A stretch of DNA of 61,036 nucleotides from Gemmatimonadota bacterium (GCA_039587215.1 JBDHIW010000005.1:1-61036), one strand, 5' to 3'. Positions 19,243 to 32,956 are shown, counted from the first letter of the stretch. Program-made: numbers and translations. The notes: a model not told the origin generated them from the sequence alone.

Positions 19243-20583
19243 ATGCGCTACGCCACCTACTCCAAGTACATCCCGCAGCTCCTCGACGCGGTGAACCTCG
19301 AGGACCTCCTCGACCAGCTGAGCGACTTCCTGCTGCAGTCGGGCTTCGCGGGCGGCCAGTTCCATCACCCGTACTGGGGGGAGTTCGGGGACGACGAGGG
19401 GGACCGCTCCCTCGACGCGCTCAAGCAGGCGATCATCCAGGCGCTCGCGGATTCGGGCAAGCTCACGCCCGAGATGCTCAAGGCCCTGCGCGGGGAGTCG
19501 AGCGGCGACGAGGCGCAGGACGCCGACATCCAGCAACAGCTCGCGAATCTCATCGACGAGGTCATCAAGCGCCTCATCGAGGAGGGCTACCTCAACACGC
19601 AGGAAGCTCCGCAGATGCCCGAGGGACACCAGCAGGTGTTCGGGCCCGGCGGGCAGGCGGAGAACGCGGCGCAGCAGGTCAACTTCAACCTCACGGAGAA
19701 GGGGCTCGACTTCCTGGGCTACCGCGCGCTCCGCGGTCTCCTGGGCAGTACCGGCAAGTCGAGCTTCGGCGCGCACGAGACCGAGCACCTGGCGACGGGC
19801 GTCGAGGTGGAGGCAGGGTCCAAGCCCTACGAGTTCGGTGACACGCTGAACCTCGACGTGCCGGAGACCCTGAAGAACGCGCTCAAGCGCGCGAGCGACC
19901 GCGCCGACCAAGCGCCGCCCGCCCCGATCGACTACACGCCCGAGCCGGGGTTCGACCTGGACTACCCGGACCTCATGGTGCACCAGAGCGAGTACCGCTC
20001 GAGTGCGGCGACCGTGCTCATGCTCGACTGCTCGCACTCGATGATCCTCTACGGCGAGGACCGCTTCACGCCGGCCAAGAAGGTGGCCCTCGCCCTCTCG
20101 CACCTGATCCGCACGCAGTTCCCGGGCGACTCGATCCGCTGCGTGCTGTTCCACGACTCGGCGGAGGAGCTGCCGCTCGCCAAGCTCGCCGAGGCGCAGG
20201 TAGGTCCGTACCACACGAACACGGCCGAGGGGCTCAAGATGGCGCGCCGCATCCTGCTCTCGCAGCGGAAGGACATGCGGCAGATCATCATGATCACCGA
20301 CGGGAAGCCGTCGGCGCTCACCCTCCCCGACGGGCAGATCTACGTCAACTCGATGGGACTCGACCCGCACATCCTGCAGGAGACCTATCGGGAGGTGGCC
20401 ATCTGCCGCCGCGCCGGCATCGCGATCAACACCTTCATGCTGGCCCGCGAGCGCATGCTCGTGGAGTTCGTGAAGCACGTGTGCGAGATCGCGCGCGGGA
20501 AGGCCTACTTCACGAACACGATGACCCTCGGGCAGTACATCCTGATGGATTTCATGCGTCGGAAGACGCAGCGGGTGGGGTAA
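19243..20583 (+). CDS. VWA domain protein (CoxE-like), presumed partner of the ChlI-like ATPase
   Basis: ATG 19243 is preceded by gaaggaga. MIDAS DxSxS motif in [10 protein letters not shown], then [10 protein letters not shown]. Acidic helical N-terminal region. Confidence 0.8.
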   Translation: MRYATYSKYIPQLLDAVNLEDLLDQLSDFLLQSGFAGGQFHHPYWGEFGDDEGDRSLDALKQAIIQALADSGKLTPEMLKALRGESSGDEAQDADIQQQLANLIDEVIKRLIEEGYLNTQEAPQMPEGHQQVFGPGGQAENAAQQVNFNLTEKGLDFLGYRALRGLLGSTGKSSFGAHETEHLATGVEVEAGSKPYEFGDTLNLDVPETLKNALKRASDRADQAPPAPIDYTPEPGFDLDYPDLMVHQSEYRSSAATVLMLDCSHSMILYGEDRFTPAKKVALALSHLIRTQFPGDSIRCVLFHDSAEELPLAKLAEAQVGPYHTNTAEGLKMARRILLSQRKDMRQIIMITDGKPSALTLPDGQIYVNSMGLDPHILQETYREVAICRRAGIAINTFMLARERMLVEFVKHVCEIARGKAYFTNTMTLGQYILMDFMRRKTQRVG

Positions 20584-20586
20584 GGG

Positions 20587-21069
20587 TCAGTCGGGGCGGC
20601 CGGGGCGGGCTCGGTCATACACCATCTCTGACGACACTCCACGGCGCTCCCACTGACGCGGGCAGCCGCTCCTCCAAGCGTGGGAACGGTGAGCCACGGA
20701 TCGGCGGCGGACCCCACCACGCGGGGCTTCCATCCCGTAGAACTCGACCCTCTCGTGAAGCGCTTCGTCGCTCCAGTGCTCCTGCACGGCGGCGAGGAGC
20801 GCGTTGGCGGAGGCCGCGTGCAGCAGGCGCACCTCTTCGAGCGTGACGGGCATGGGATCGTCCTTGGTCGGCCCGTCGAAGTCGAGCCCAACCTTGGACA
20901 GGATCGTCTTCGGCGAGACCACGACGTGCCACGCCAGCTCGCCCAGCGTGCGGTGGCCCTCTGCGACCTGCTGCGCCAGGGACGGCTCCGTGAGCGCTGC
21001 CAGGACGGCGCCCGTGCTGCCGGTCTCGTGCGTCCATGTCGTCGTGAAGTGTCGTACGGCCGTGAACAT
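20587..21069 (-). CDS. DinB-family protein (divergent)
   Basis: ATG 21069 (MFTAVRHF...) is preceded by aaggat. GHRTLGELAWHVV gives the first His; VAHRSH near the C-terminus gives HxxH. The Arg-rich C-terminus is atypical but in frame. Confidence 0.6.
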   Translation of the reverse strand: MFTAVRHFTTTWTHETGSTGAVLAALTEPSLAQQVAEGHRTLGELAWHVVVSPKTILSKVGLDFDGPTKDDPMPVTLEEVRLLHAASANALLAAVQEHWSDEALHERVEFYGMEAPRGGVRRRSVAHRSHAWRSGCPRQWERRGVSSEMVYDRARPGRPD

Positions 21070-21218
21070 GGCGGTGATCCTTTCGCGCGGTCGTTTGAGG
21101 CACCGCAACAAGGTGATAGCTTTCGACCACTCCACGGGGCGGCTTTCGGTACGGAAGTCGTCCCGTCACTTCCAAGATACCTGGCGCTCCGGGCGCCGGT
21201 CGGGGGTCGATCCGCAGG

Positions 21219-24200
21219 GTGTTCGAGAACGTATTCGAGACGGTGAATTCCGGATTTGCACAGGCGCTCTATGAGGATTTCCTGCGCGATCCTTCGTCCG
21301 TGCCACCCGAGTGGCGGGCCCTGTTCGAGCGGGGCACGGTCGGGGAGACACCCCCGCCTGCGCCTGACGCGGCGGACGCTCCGGCACCCGACGAGACGGG
21401 CGCCGCGCCGGCCGAGCCCGACGCGACCGAGATCAAAGGCCCGGCACTCCGGCTGCTCCAGAACATGCAGGACTCGCTCGAGATCCCGACGGCGACGTCG
21501 TTTCGCGACGTGGACGTCTCCCGGCTCTGGGCGGCGCGTGCGGAGTGCAACCGCCAGCTGAAGGCCGCGGGGACCAAGCTCAGTTTCACGCACGTCATCG
21601 GGTGGGCGCTCGTCAAAGCCGCGGAGCAGTTCCCCGTCATGACGCATGCGGTGCACACCGACGGCGACGCGTACCGGCGCTTCGATCCGCAGGGCGTGCA
21701 TCTGGGTCTTGCGGTCGACACCGAGGGCAAGGACGGGACGCGGCGACTGCTGGTGCCGGTCATCAAGAGCGCCGACGCAATGGCGTTCGGACAGTTCTAC
21801 GACGAGTACGAGCGGCTCGTGGCGGGGGCGCGCGACAGCAAGCTCATGCCCGACGCGTACATGGGCGGCACGATCACGCTCACCAACCCGGGGACGATCG
21901 GCACCGTCGCGTCGGTGCCGCGCCTCATGAAGGGCCAGGGCTCGATCATCGCGACCGGTGCGATCCGCGACGTGGCGGGGCGGCGCGTGATGACGCTGAC
22001 CAGCACGTACGATCACCGGATCATCCAGGGCGCCGAGTCGGGGATGTACCTCCGGCTCGTGGATCAGCTGCTGCAAGGCGAGGACGACTTCTTCCGCGCG
22101 ATCGCGGCGGCGCTGGAGCTGCGCTGGCCCGCCATCGAGGCTGCCATGGCGGCGGCGACCGTGGCGCATGCGCCGACGCCCGCCGCGACGACCGCGCCCA
22201 AGGCCGCCCCCTCCGACGTGGACGCCGAACTGCTGTACCACGTCGCCGCCGCGATGTCGGTCGTGAAGAACCACCGCACGCACGGCTATCTCGCTGCCCA
22301 TCTCGATCCGCTCGGCACCGCGCAGCGCGGCGACCCGGCGCTCGAGCCCACGCAGGTCGGCCTCACGCCGGAGATCATGCGGCACATCCCCGCCGGCGTC
22401 CTCCGGACGTACGTCGGCGGCGAGACCATGGAGGACGTGCTGCCGCGGCTTCGCGAGACCTACTGCGGCACCATCGCGTACGAAATCGAGCACATCGCGC
22501 CGCACGAAGAGCGCGTGTGGCTTCGCCGCGTGATCGAATCGGGCGAGCACCGCTATCCGCTCACCGACGACGAGAAGCGGCACCTGCTGCGCGACCTGTC
22601 GCGCGTCGAGGCGCTGGAACAGTTCCTCCACCGGAACTATCTCGGCCACAAGCGGTTCGGGATCGAGGGACTCGACATGCTCGTCCCGATGCTGCACCTG
22701 GCACTCGACCTCGCCGCCGACCAGGGCGCCGGCGAGTCGGTGATGGGGATGGCGCACCGCGGTCGCCTGAACGTGCTCACGCACATTCTCGGCGTGCCGT
22801 ACGACACGCTGCTCGCGGAGTTCGAGGGCGGCCGCGAGGTCGAGGAGACGCTGACCCCCAAAGGCGGGACCGGCGACGTGAAGTACCACCACGGCGCGGC
22901 CGGCGTCTTCACGTCGTGGACGGGGCGGAAGATCCAGGTCACCCTCATGCCCAACCCGAGCCACCTGGAAGCGGTGGACCCCGTTGTGGTCGGCAGCGCG
23001 CGCGCGCGCCAGACGGACCGGTCGACGCCCGACCTGCGGTACGATCCCCAGGCGGTCGTCCCCATCCTGATTCACGGCGATGCCGCGTTCGCGGGCCAGG
23101 GCGTGGTCGCCGAAACGCTCAACCTCGCGCGACTGGACGGCTACGCCACGGGCGGGACGCTCCACATCATCGCCAACAATCAGGTGGGCTTCACCACCGA
23201 TCCGCGCGACGCGCGATCGACCGACTTCGCGAGCGATCTCGCGAAGGGGTTCGACGTCCCCATCGTGCACGTGAACGCTGACGATCCCGAAGCCTGTCTC
23301 GCCGCCGTACGGCTCGCGCTGATGTACCGAGAGAAGTTCCGGGGCGACGTCGTGATCAACCTCGTGGGCTACCGCCGGCACGGCCACAACGAGGGCGATG
23401 AGCCGCGGTACACGCAGCCCACCATGTACGAGCGCATCGACGCCCACCCGACTGTGCGCACGCTGTACGTGCAGCACCTCATCGACCAGGGTGTCGTCGC
23501 GACCGAAGATGCCGATGCCGAAGCGGCGACAGTGTACGACGAGCTCACGGCGGTGCAAGAGCGGCTCCGCGCGGATGTCGCCTCGCACGAAGACGAAGGC
23601 GAAGAGCCGGTCCGCATTTCTGGGATGTGGAGTCCGACCGACGAGCCGACGACCGCGGTCCCGACGGGGCAGCTCGACGCGCTCAACACCGATTTGCTCG
23701 CCACGCCCGACGGCTTCCACGTGAACCGCAAGTTGCGGAAGGTGCTCGACCGCCGCCGTGACGTGTTCGGCAACGGCAACGCCCTCGACTGGGCGCATGC
23801 CGAAGCGCTGGCATTGGCGTCGCTGGTGACCCAGGGCGTCCCCGTGCGGCTCGTCGGCCAGGACACGGCGCGCGGCACGTTCAGCCAGCGGCACCTCACG
23901 CTGTTCGACGCGGAAACGGGTGCCGCACACACGCCGATGCAACAGCTCCCGAACCGGCGTGTGCCGTTCGAGCTGCACAACAGCCCGCTCTCGGAGTACG
24001 CCGCGCTCGGGTTCGAGTACGGCTACAGTACCGCCGTGAACGACGCGCTGGTGCTGTGGGAAGCCCAGTTCGGCGACTTCGCGAACGGTGCCGAGATCAT
24101 CATCGACCAGTTCATCATCGCGGGACTCGCCAAGTGGGGACAGCTGGCGCGACTCACGATGCTCCTGCCGCACGGCTACGAGGGTCAGGGCCCCGAGCAT

Positions 24201-24812
24201 TCGAGCGCGCGCATCGAGCGCTTTCTCGCGCTGGGCGCCGAGGGCAACATCCGCGTCGCGAACTGCTCGACCCCCGCGCAGTACTTCCATCTGCTGCGGC
24301 GCCAGGCCCTCCACCCCGAAGTCCGGCCGCTCGTGATCATGACGCCGAAGAGCCTGCTTCGCCATCCGCAGGCCGTGTCGACGCCCGAGGAGCTGGCAAG
24401 CGGGGAGTTCAGGCACGTGATCGACGACCCCAGTCTGCCCGGCCTGCCCGAGGGCGTGAAGCGTCTCGTGCTGTGTTCCGGCAAGGTGTACTACGACCTC
24501 GTCGGCGATGAGCGGCGCACGGCCGCGGCGGATGTGGCAGTCGGCCGCGTCGAGCTACTCTATCCGTTCCCCGACCCGTCCATTCGCCGGCTGATCGCGA
24601 GCTATCCCGAGCTCCGCGAGATCCTGTGGGTCCAGGAAGAGCCCAGCAACATGGGGGCGCGTAAGTGGATGGTGCCGCAGCTGCAGACGCTCGCGCCCAA
24701 GGGCGTGCGCGTGCGGTTCGTTTCGCGACCCGAGCGCTCGAGCCCCGCCGAAGGCTATCCGGCAGCGCACAAAGTCGAGCAGCTCCGCATCGTCGGCGAG
24801 GCGTTCGCATGA
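21219..24812 (+). CDS. sucA: Multifunctional 2-oxoglutarate dehydrogenase E1 with N-terminal E2-type acyltransferase domain (Kgd/OdhA type)
   Basis: GTG start. E2 catalytic-domain motif STYDHRIIQGAESG lies in the first third. E1o/TPP motifs: MGMAHRGRLNVL, ILIHGDAAFAGQGVV, LLPHGYEGQGPEHSSAR. 1197 aa. I see no lipoyl domain. Confidence 0.9.
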   Translation: MFENVFETVNSGFAQALYEDFLRDPSSVPPEWRALFERGTVGETPPPAPDAADAPAPDETGAAPAEPDATEIKGPALRLLQNMQDSLEIPTATSFRDVDVSRLWAARAECNRQLKAAGTKLSFTHVIGWALVKAAEQFPVMTHAVHTDGDAYRRFDPQGVHLGLAVDTEGKDGTRRLLVPVIKSADAMAFGQFYDEYERLVAGARDSKLMPDAYMGGTITLTNPGTIGTVASVPRLMKGQGSIIATGAIRDVAGRRVMTLTSTYDHRIIQGAESGMYLRLVDQLLQGEDDFFRAIAAALELRWPAIEAAMAAATVAHAPTPAATTAPKAAPSDVDAELLYHVAAAMSVVKNHRTHGYLAAHLDPLGTAQRGDPALEPTQVGLTPEIMRHIPAGVLRTYVGGETMEDVLPRLRETYCGTIAYEIEHIAPHEERVWLRRVIESGEHRYPLTDDEKRHLLRDLSRVEALEQFLHRNYLGHKRFGIEGLDMLVPMLHLALDLAADQGAGESVMGMAHRGRLNVLTHILGVPYDTLLAEFEGGREVEETLTPKGGTGDVKYHHGAAGVFTSWTGRKIQVTLMPNPSHLEAVDPVVVGSARARQTDRSTPDLRYDPQAVVPILIHGDAAFAGQGVVAETLNLARLDGYATGGTLHIIANNQVGFTTDPRDARSTDFASDLAKGFDVPIVHVNADDPEACLAAVRLALMYREKFRGDVVINLVGYRRHGHNEGDEPRYTQPTMYERIDAHPTVRTLYVQHLIDQGVVATEDADAEAATVYDELTAVQERLRADVASHEDEGEEPVRISGMWSPTDEPTTAVPTGQLDALNTDLLATPDGFHVNRKLRKVLDRRRDVFGNGNALDWAHAEALALASLVTQGVPVRLVGQDTARGTFSQRHLTLFDAETGAAHTPMQQLPNRRVPFELHNSPLSEYAALGFEYGYSTAVNDALVLWEAQFGDFANGAEIIIDQFIIAGLAKWGQLARLTMLLPHGYEGQGPEHSSARIERFLALGAEGNIRVANCSTPAQYFHLLRRQALHPEVRPLVIMTPKSLLRHPQAVSTPEELASGEFRHVIDDPSLPGLPEGVKRLVLCSGKVYYDLVGDERRTAAADVAVGRVELLYPFPDPSIRRLIASYPELREILWVQEEPSNMGARKWMVPQLQTLAPKGVRVRFVSRPERSSPAEGYPAAHKVEQLRIVGEAFA

Positions 24813-24816
24813 ACCG

Positions 24817-24836
24817 CGGGGCCGTTCGCGGCCCCG
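24817..24836 (+). terminator. Stable GC hairpin with UUCG tetraloop immediately after the kgd-like stop (no U-tract)
   Basis: cggggccg-ttcg-cggccccg is a perfect 8-bp stem, 5 nt after the stop at 24812. The missing T-run makes a classical intrinsic terminator uncertain; it may be a stabiliser or processing hairpin. Confidence 0.35.
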
Positions 24837-24853
24837 AACGATGAGGTGACCGC

Positions 24854-26344
24854 ATGGATACGACGACCTATCTCGCGCACGACGGCCTGGGACTCGCCGC
24901 ACTCATCCGCGACGGACAGGTCACCGCCGAAGAGGTCGTCGAAGCCGCCATCGCCCAGATCGAGCGCGTGAACCCGCAGATCAATGCGGTCATCACGCCG
25001 TTGTACGAGGAGGGGCGGCGTGTCGCGGCTGCGCCGGGCACCGGCCCCTTCGCCGGGGTGCCGTTCGTGATCAAAGACCTGCTGACGACCTACGCGGGCG
25101 TGCCGATGGCCGCGGGCAGCCGGCTGCTCACAGACTACGTCCCCGATCACGACAGTGAGGTCGTCCGGCGCTTCAAGGCGGCGGGGCTCGTGATCCTCGG
25201 GAAGACGAACACGCCCGAGTTCGGACTCGTCCCGTTCACGGAGCCCGAAGCGTTCGGGGCGACGCGCAACCCGTGGGACACGACGCGTATCCCCGGCGGA
25301 TCGAGCGGCGGCTCCGCCGCGGCGGTGGCCAGCGGCATGGTGCCCCTCGCGGGCGGCAATGACGGGGGCGGGTCGATCCGCATCCCCGCCGCGTGCTGCG
25401 GACTCTTCGGGATGAAGCCCACGCGCGCGCGCACGCCGCTGGCGCCAGACCACGGCGAGATCTGGCGTGGCTGCGTGATCGAGGGCACGCTCACCCGATC
25501 CGTGCGGGACAGTGCGGCCTCGCTCGACGCAATCGCGGGTCCCACGGTGGGCGACCCCTACGTGGCGCCGCCGCAGGCACGCCCCTTTCTCGACGAGGTC
25601 GAAGCGGAGCCGCGCGCGCTCCGCGTGGCACTCACCAGCGAGCCGCTACTCGGCGATCACGTCGACCCCGAGGTCCGCGCGGCGCTCGACGACGCGGGTG
25701 CCCTGCTCGAGAGCCTTGGCCACCACGTGGAAGAAGCCGCTCCGCCCGTGGAGCGCGAGGCGTTTGCCACGGCGTTCATCACGATGCTGGTGGGCGAGCT
25801 TCGCGCCGATCTCAACGACGCCGCCAGCGTCCTGGGGCGTCGGCCGCGCCCCGGCGACCTCGAGGTCGAGACGTGGATGCTGGGTCTCATGGGCAACCGC
25901 GTGAGCGCCGGCGCGTATGTCTCGGCCGTGCGCTACCTGCATCGCGCCTCGCGCACGATCGGCGAGTTCGTCGAGGACTACGACGTGCTGCTCACCCCCA
26001 CCTTGGCCGACCCGCCGCTCGAGATCGGCGCGCTCCGCCCGCCGCCGCACGAGCGGATCGTGCTGGGCGTGCTGGGACGGCTGCGCGCTGCCTGGGCGCT
26101 CGAGAAGATGGGCACGATCGATCGCGTCGCCGAAGAGGCGTTCTCGTTCACGCCATGGACGCCCGTGTTCAACATGTCGGGGCATCCCGCCATGTCGGTC
26201 CCGCTCGCGTGGACCGACGGCGGCTTGCCGATCGGCATCCACGTCGTCGGTCGGTTCGGCGACGAGGCGACCCTGTTCCGGCTCGCGGGCCAACTCGAGC
26301 GGGCACGTCCGTGGTTCGACCGGCTGCCGGAACTCGCACGGTAG
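24854..26344 (+). CDS. Amidase (amidase-signature family)
   Basis: AS signature [14 protein letters not shown] and [19 protein letters not shown]. Confidence 0.9.
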   Translation: MDTTTYLAHDGLGLAALIRDGQVTAEEVVEAAIAQIERVNPQINAVITPLYEEGRRVAAAPGTGPFAGVPFVIKDLLTTYAGVPMAAGSRLLTDYVPDHDSEVVRRFKAAGLVILGKTNTPEFGLVPFTEPEAFGATRNPWDTTRIPGGSSGGSAAAVASGMVPLAGGNDGGGSIRIPAACCGLFGMKPTRARTPLAPDHGEIWRGCVIEGTLTRSVRDSAASLDAIAGPTVGDPYVAPPQARPFLDEVEAEPRALRVALTSEPLLGDHVDPEVRAALDDAGALLESLGHHVEEAAPPVEREAFATAFITMLVGELRADLNDAASVLGRRPRPGDLEVETWMLGLMGNRVSAGAYVSAVRYLHRASRTIGEFVEDYDVLLTPTLADPPLEIGALRPPPHERIVLGVLGRLRAAWALEKMGTIDRVAEEAFSFTPWTPVFNMSGHPAMSVPLAWTDGGLPIGIHVVGRFGDEATLFRLAGQLERARPWFDRLPELAR

Positions 26345-26370
26345 GCGCGGACGTTACGGTATCATTCGAC

Positions 26371-26940
26371 ATGGAAATCACGCTCGTGGCTCTGCGATAC
26401 GCGGTCTTCGGGGTCTTCGTCGGCGCCGCCGGCATCGCCCTCGGATCCTGGGCGCTGCGCGAGGGCCGGATCAGCCGGTTCGGCCGGCTCGCCCGGCTGA
26501 TTCGCGGGGCGAGCGAGCCCGTCCTGCAGCCGATCGAGCTGTGGCAGCTGCGGCGCGGCGGCAATCCTCAAAACGCCCCCTGGTGGCTGGTGGGCGTCGC
26601 GGTGGCGGGTGGCATCCTGCTCCTCACTGGCGCGGAGTGGATTCTGCGGGCGTTTGCCAGCGTGAGCGCCGCGGCGTCCGCCGGACCGCGCGGCATCCTC
26701 CGGCTCCTCGTGTTCGCCGCCGGGCAGGTCGTGATCTGGGCGCTGATCATCCGGGTCGTCGGCTCCTGGTTCGGCGCCGGCCGGTTCAACAAATGGATCG
26801 GCTGGACCTACAAGGTCACCGACTGGATCGTCGAACCGCTGCGGCGCATCATTCCGCCCATCGGCATCATCGACATCACGCCCCTCGTCGCCTGGTTCCT
26901 GATGCAGTTCCTGCTCGGCGTGATCCTGCAGTTCATCTAG
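26371..26940 (+). CDS. yggT: YggT-family membrane protein
   Basis: Tail of track ORF 25393..26940; ATG 26371. About four TM segments. C-terminal DWIVEPLRRIIPPIGIIDITPLVAWFLMQFL is the YggT signature. It is followed by a yggU-like gene, as in many genomes. Confidence 0.8.
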   Translation: MEITLVALRYAVFGVFVGAAGIALGSWALREGRISRFGRLARLIRGASEPVLQPIELWQLRRGGNPQNAPWWLVGVAVAGGILLLTGAEWILRAFASVSAAASAGPRGILRLLVFAAGQVVIWALIIRVVGSWFGAGRFNKWIGWTYKVTDWIVEPLRRIIPPIGIIDITPLVAWFLMQFLLGVILQFI

Positions 26941-26947
26941 CGCCACG

Positions 26948-27226
26948 GTGACGGCGGACCTCGCCATCGTCGTACAACCGCGGGCCAGCCGGACCGGCAT
27001 CGTTGGGTGGCACGGTGACGCCATCAAGATCCGGGTTGCCGCACCACCGGTCGACGGCGCCGCGAACATCGAGCTCCATCGGTTCCTCGCCAAGCGTCTC
27101 GGCGTCCCGCGGTCTGCCGTGACGCTCGCCGCCGGCGCCTCGGGACGATGGAAGCGCATCACGGTCGAGGGGGTGGACCGAGCCACTGCCCTCGAGCGGC
27201 TGGGCCTCGGACCTCCGCACGGCTGA
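26948..27226 (+). CDS. yggU: DUF167 (YggU) family protein
   Basis: GTG start. IKIRVAAPPVDGAANIELHRFLAKRLGVPRSAVTL...G matches the DUF167 core (PxxGxAN). Confidence 0.8.
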   Translation: MTADLAIVVQPRASRTGIVGWHGDAIKIRVAAPPVDGAANIELHRFLAKRLGVPRSAVTLAAGASGRWKRITVEGVDRATALERLGLGPPHG

Positions 27227-27293
27227 CCGACGCACGACCGGCTCCCTCGCCAAACGGCCGGGAGGCATCTACATTGGAAGGACAACTGAATTC

Positions 27294-27342
27294 GTGGCGA
27301 TTTGCGGCGTATTGCGGCCACGTTAAACAACTCGCTAAAAAG
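27294..27342 (+). promoter_or_regulatory. Candidate H-type pseudoknot riboswitch (SAM-II / SAM-V-like) in the metH leader
   Basis: P1 pairs GUGGC (27294-27298) with GCCAC (27317-27321). Loop UUUGCG (27301-27306) pairs with the 3' CGC(U)AAA (27333-27339). The local sequence GCGAUUU...UUGCGGCCACGUUAAACAACUCGCUAAAAAG resembles my recollection of the SAM-II consensus. It sits in an unusually AT-rich 180-nt gap and is followed by a terminator. Confidence 0.45.
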
Positions 27343-27347
27343 CCCGT

Positions 27348-27379
27348 CCCGGCGTGTCTTTTTGGCAGCCGGGTTTTTT
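27348..27379 (+). terminator. Intrinsic terminator/attenuator hairpin in the metH leader
   Basis: cccggc (27348-27353) pairs with gccggg (27368-27373), followed by tttttt (27374-27379). It lies 28 nt upstream of the metH ATG and upstream of the gggaaggtga RBS. Confidence 0.6.
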
Positions 27380-27407
27380 GTTCTACGGGAAGGTGACACG
27401 ACCGTTC

Positions 27408-31123
<3,716 letters not shown>

Positions 31124-31127
<4 letters not shown>

Positions 31128-32956
31128 GTCGTTTCACCCCGCTCATCGAGGATGGCCGCGTGCACGTGCTGGACGGTGCGATGGGCACGTTCCTCTACAG
31201 TCGCGGCGTGTTCGTCAACGTGTGCTACGACGAGCTCAACCTGAGCCAACCCGATCTCGTCCGGGACGTGCACGAGCGGTACATCCGCGTGGGCGCCGAG
31301 GCCGTCGAGACCAACACCTTCGGCGCCAATCCGGTCAAACTGTCGAGCTGGAGCCTCGACGACCGCACGGAAGACGTGAACCGCACCGGTGCCGAGATCG
31401 CCCGCGCGGCCGCTCAGGACCGCGCCGCCGTACTGGGGGCAGTGGGGCCGCTGGGCATTCGCATCGAGCCGTGGGGCCCGACGTCGCGCGACGAGGCCGT
31501 GAGCTACTTCGCCCGTCAGATCACGGGGCTCGTGGACGGCGGCGTCGATGCCGTGATCCTCGAGACCTTCGGCGACCTGGACGAACTGCACACCGCGCTC
31601 ATCGCCGCGCGCCGCGTGACCGACCTGCCGGTGATTGCGCAGGTCACGATCAGCGAAGAAGGCGAAACCGCCTACGGATCGGACCCGGAGAAAGTGGCCC
31701 GATCGCTGACCGAGTGGGGCGCCGACGTCATCGGCGTGAACTGCTCCGTCGGACCCGCGATCATGCTCGAGGCGGTGGAGCGCATGACGGCCGTGACCGA
31801 TCGGCCGCTGGTCGCCCAGCCCAACGCCGGCATGCCGCGCGTCGTGGGCGACCGCAAGATCTACCTGTCGAGTCCCGAATACATGGCGACGTACGCCATG
31901 CGGATGATGGAAGCGGGTGCGCGCTTCGTGGGCGGCTGCTGCGGGACGACGCCCGACCATATCCACGCGATGCGGCTGGCGATGCGGCAGCGGCGCCCCC
32001 GACCCTCCGGCGAAGTCGTGCGCCCCCGCGAAGCCGACGAGGGCAAAGGCGTGGACCCGGTTGCGCTCGATCGGCGGTCCCGGTGGGGCGCCAAGCTCGC
32101 ACGACGCGAGTGGGTGACGTCGGTCGAGCTGCTGCCGCCGAAGGGCGCGTCCGCCGGCCGTCTGATCGAACAGGCACAGCGTATCAAGGTGGCCGGCGCG
32201 GACGTGGTGAGCATCCTGGACGGCGCGCGCGCGCAGAGCCACATGGGCGTGATTCCGTCGGCCCTCGTCGTGGAACGCCAGGTCGGCATCGAGACGGTGG
32301 CGCACTACACGTGCCGCGACCGCAACATGCTCGGTATGATCAGCGACCTCGTGGGCGCCGCGGCGGCGGGACTGCGGAACGTGCTCATCGTTACGGGCGA
32401 CCCGCCGCGAACGGGCCCGTACGGCGATGCCACCGCCGTGTTCGACATCGACTCGATCGGTCTCACGAACGTCGTCGACCGCCTGAACCACGGATTGGAT
32501 CCGGGCGGCAACCCGATCGGCGACCCGACGCAGTGGGTGATCGGGGTCGCGGCCAATCATGCCGCCGCCAACATGGACGCCGAATTGCACCGGCTCCATT
32601 GGAAGGTCGATGCCGGGGCGGATTTCGTCGTGACCCAACCGGTGTTCGATCCGGCACGCCTCGCGGAGTTCCTGGAGGCGGCCCACCTCACGATTCCGGT
32701 CGTGGCCGGCATCTGGCCGCTGGCCTCCCTGCGGAACGCCGAGTTTCTCGCGAACGAGATGCCCGGCGTCACGATTCCGCCGGCTGTGCTGGAGCGCATG
32801 GCCGCGGCCCAAAAGAACGGGGACGATGCCGCGGCCGCCGAAGGTGTCGCGATCGCCCGAGAGATGCGGGACACCGTGCGCACGCTCGTCCAGGGCATTC
32901 ACGTGAGCGTGCCGTTCGGGAACGTGGAGTTGGCGGTGGAGGTGCTGCAGGGCTGA
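31124..32956 (+). CDS. Bifunctional homocysteine S-methyltransferase / 5,10-methylenetetrahydrofolate reductase (YitJ-like fusion)
   Basis: ATG 31124 overlaps the metH stop (ATGA) and is preceded by aggagg. N-terminal domain: [27 protein letters not shown]-terminal MTHFR domain: [31 protein letters not shown]. Confidence 0.9.

Noticed and set aside
20587-20760. Possible frameshift in the DinB-like gene because of its Arg-rich C-terminus (GGVRRRSVAHRSHAWRSGCPRQWERRGVSSEMVYDRARPGRPD)
   Set aside because: I translated the other two frames by hand, and neither restores a canonical DinB C-terminus. The annotated frame retains an HxxH and a G..x.xxVY pattern roughly where DinB proteins have them. 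I treat it as divergent rather than broken, with low certainty.
20505-24416. 1303-aa minus-strand ORF opposite the 2-oxoglutarate dehydrogenase gene. Similar giants occur at 10919..12991(-), 7176..8894(-), 15579..17486(-), 28251..30980(-), 31034..32902(-), 36786..38468(+), 38377..40026(+), 40694..42208(+), 42968..45043(+), 45929..48916(+), 49605..51083(+), 55861..57246(-), 57014..58249(-), 58550..60130(+) and 58704..59990(-).
   Set aside because: All are low-complexity Arg/Gly/Ala/Pro-rich translations lying antisense or out of frame to genes with strong family motifs. Stop codons are rare in GC-rich off-frames, so length alone is not evidence.
27302-27318. Tandem TTGCGGC direct repeats in the metH leader as a transcription-factor site
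   Set aside because: Not excluded. However, the same nucleotides take part in the P1/P2 pseudoknot pairing, and a terminator follows, so the RNA-element reading explains more of the sequence. I kept it as an alternative inside the riboswitch finding.
27354-27407. Track start 27354 for metH ([18 protein letters not shown]...)
   Set aside because: This extension would be translated through the terminator hairpin and T-run. ATG 27408 has a gggaaggtga RBS, and the MetH homology begins right after it.
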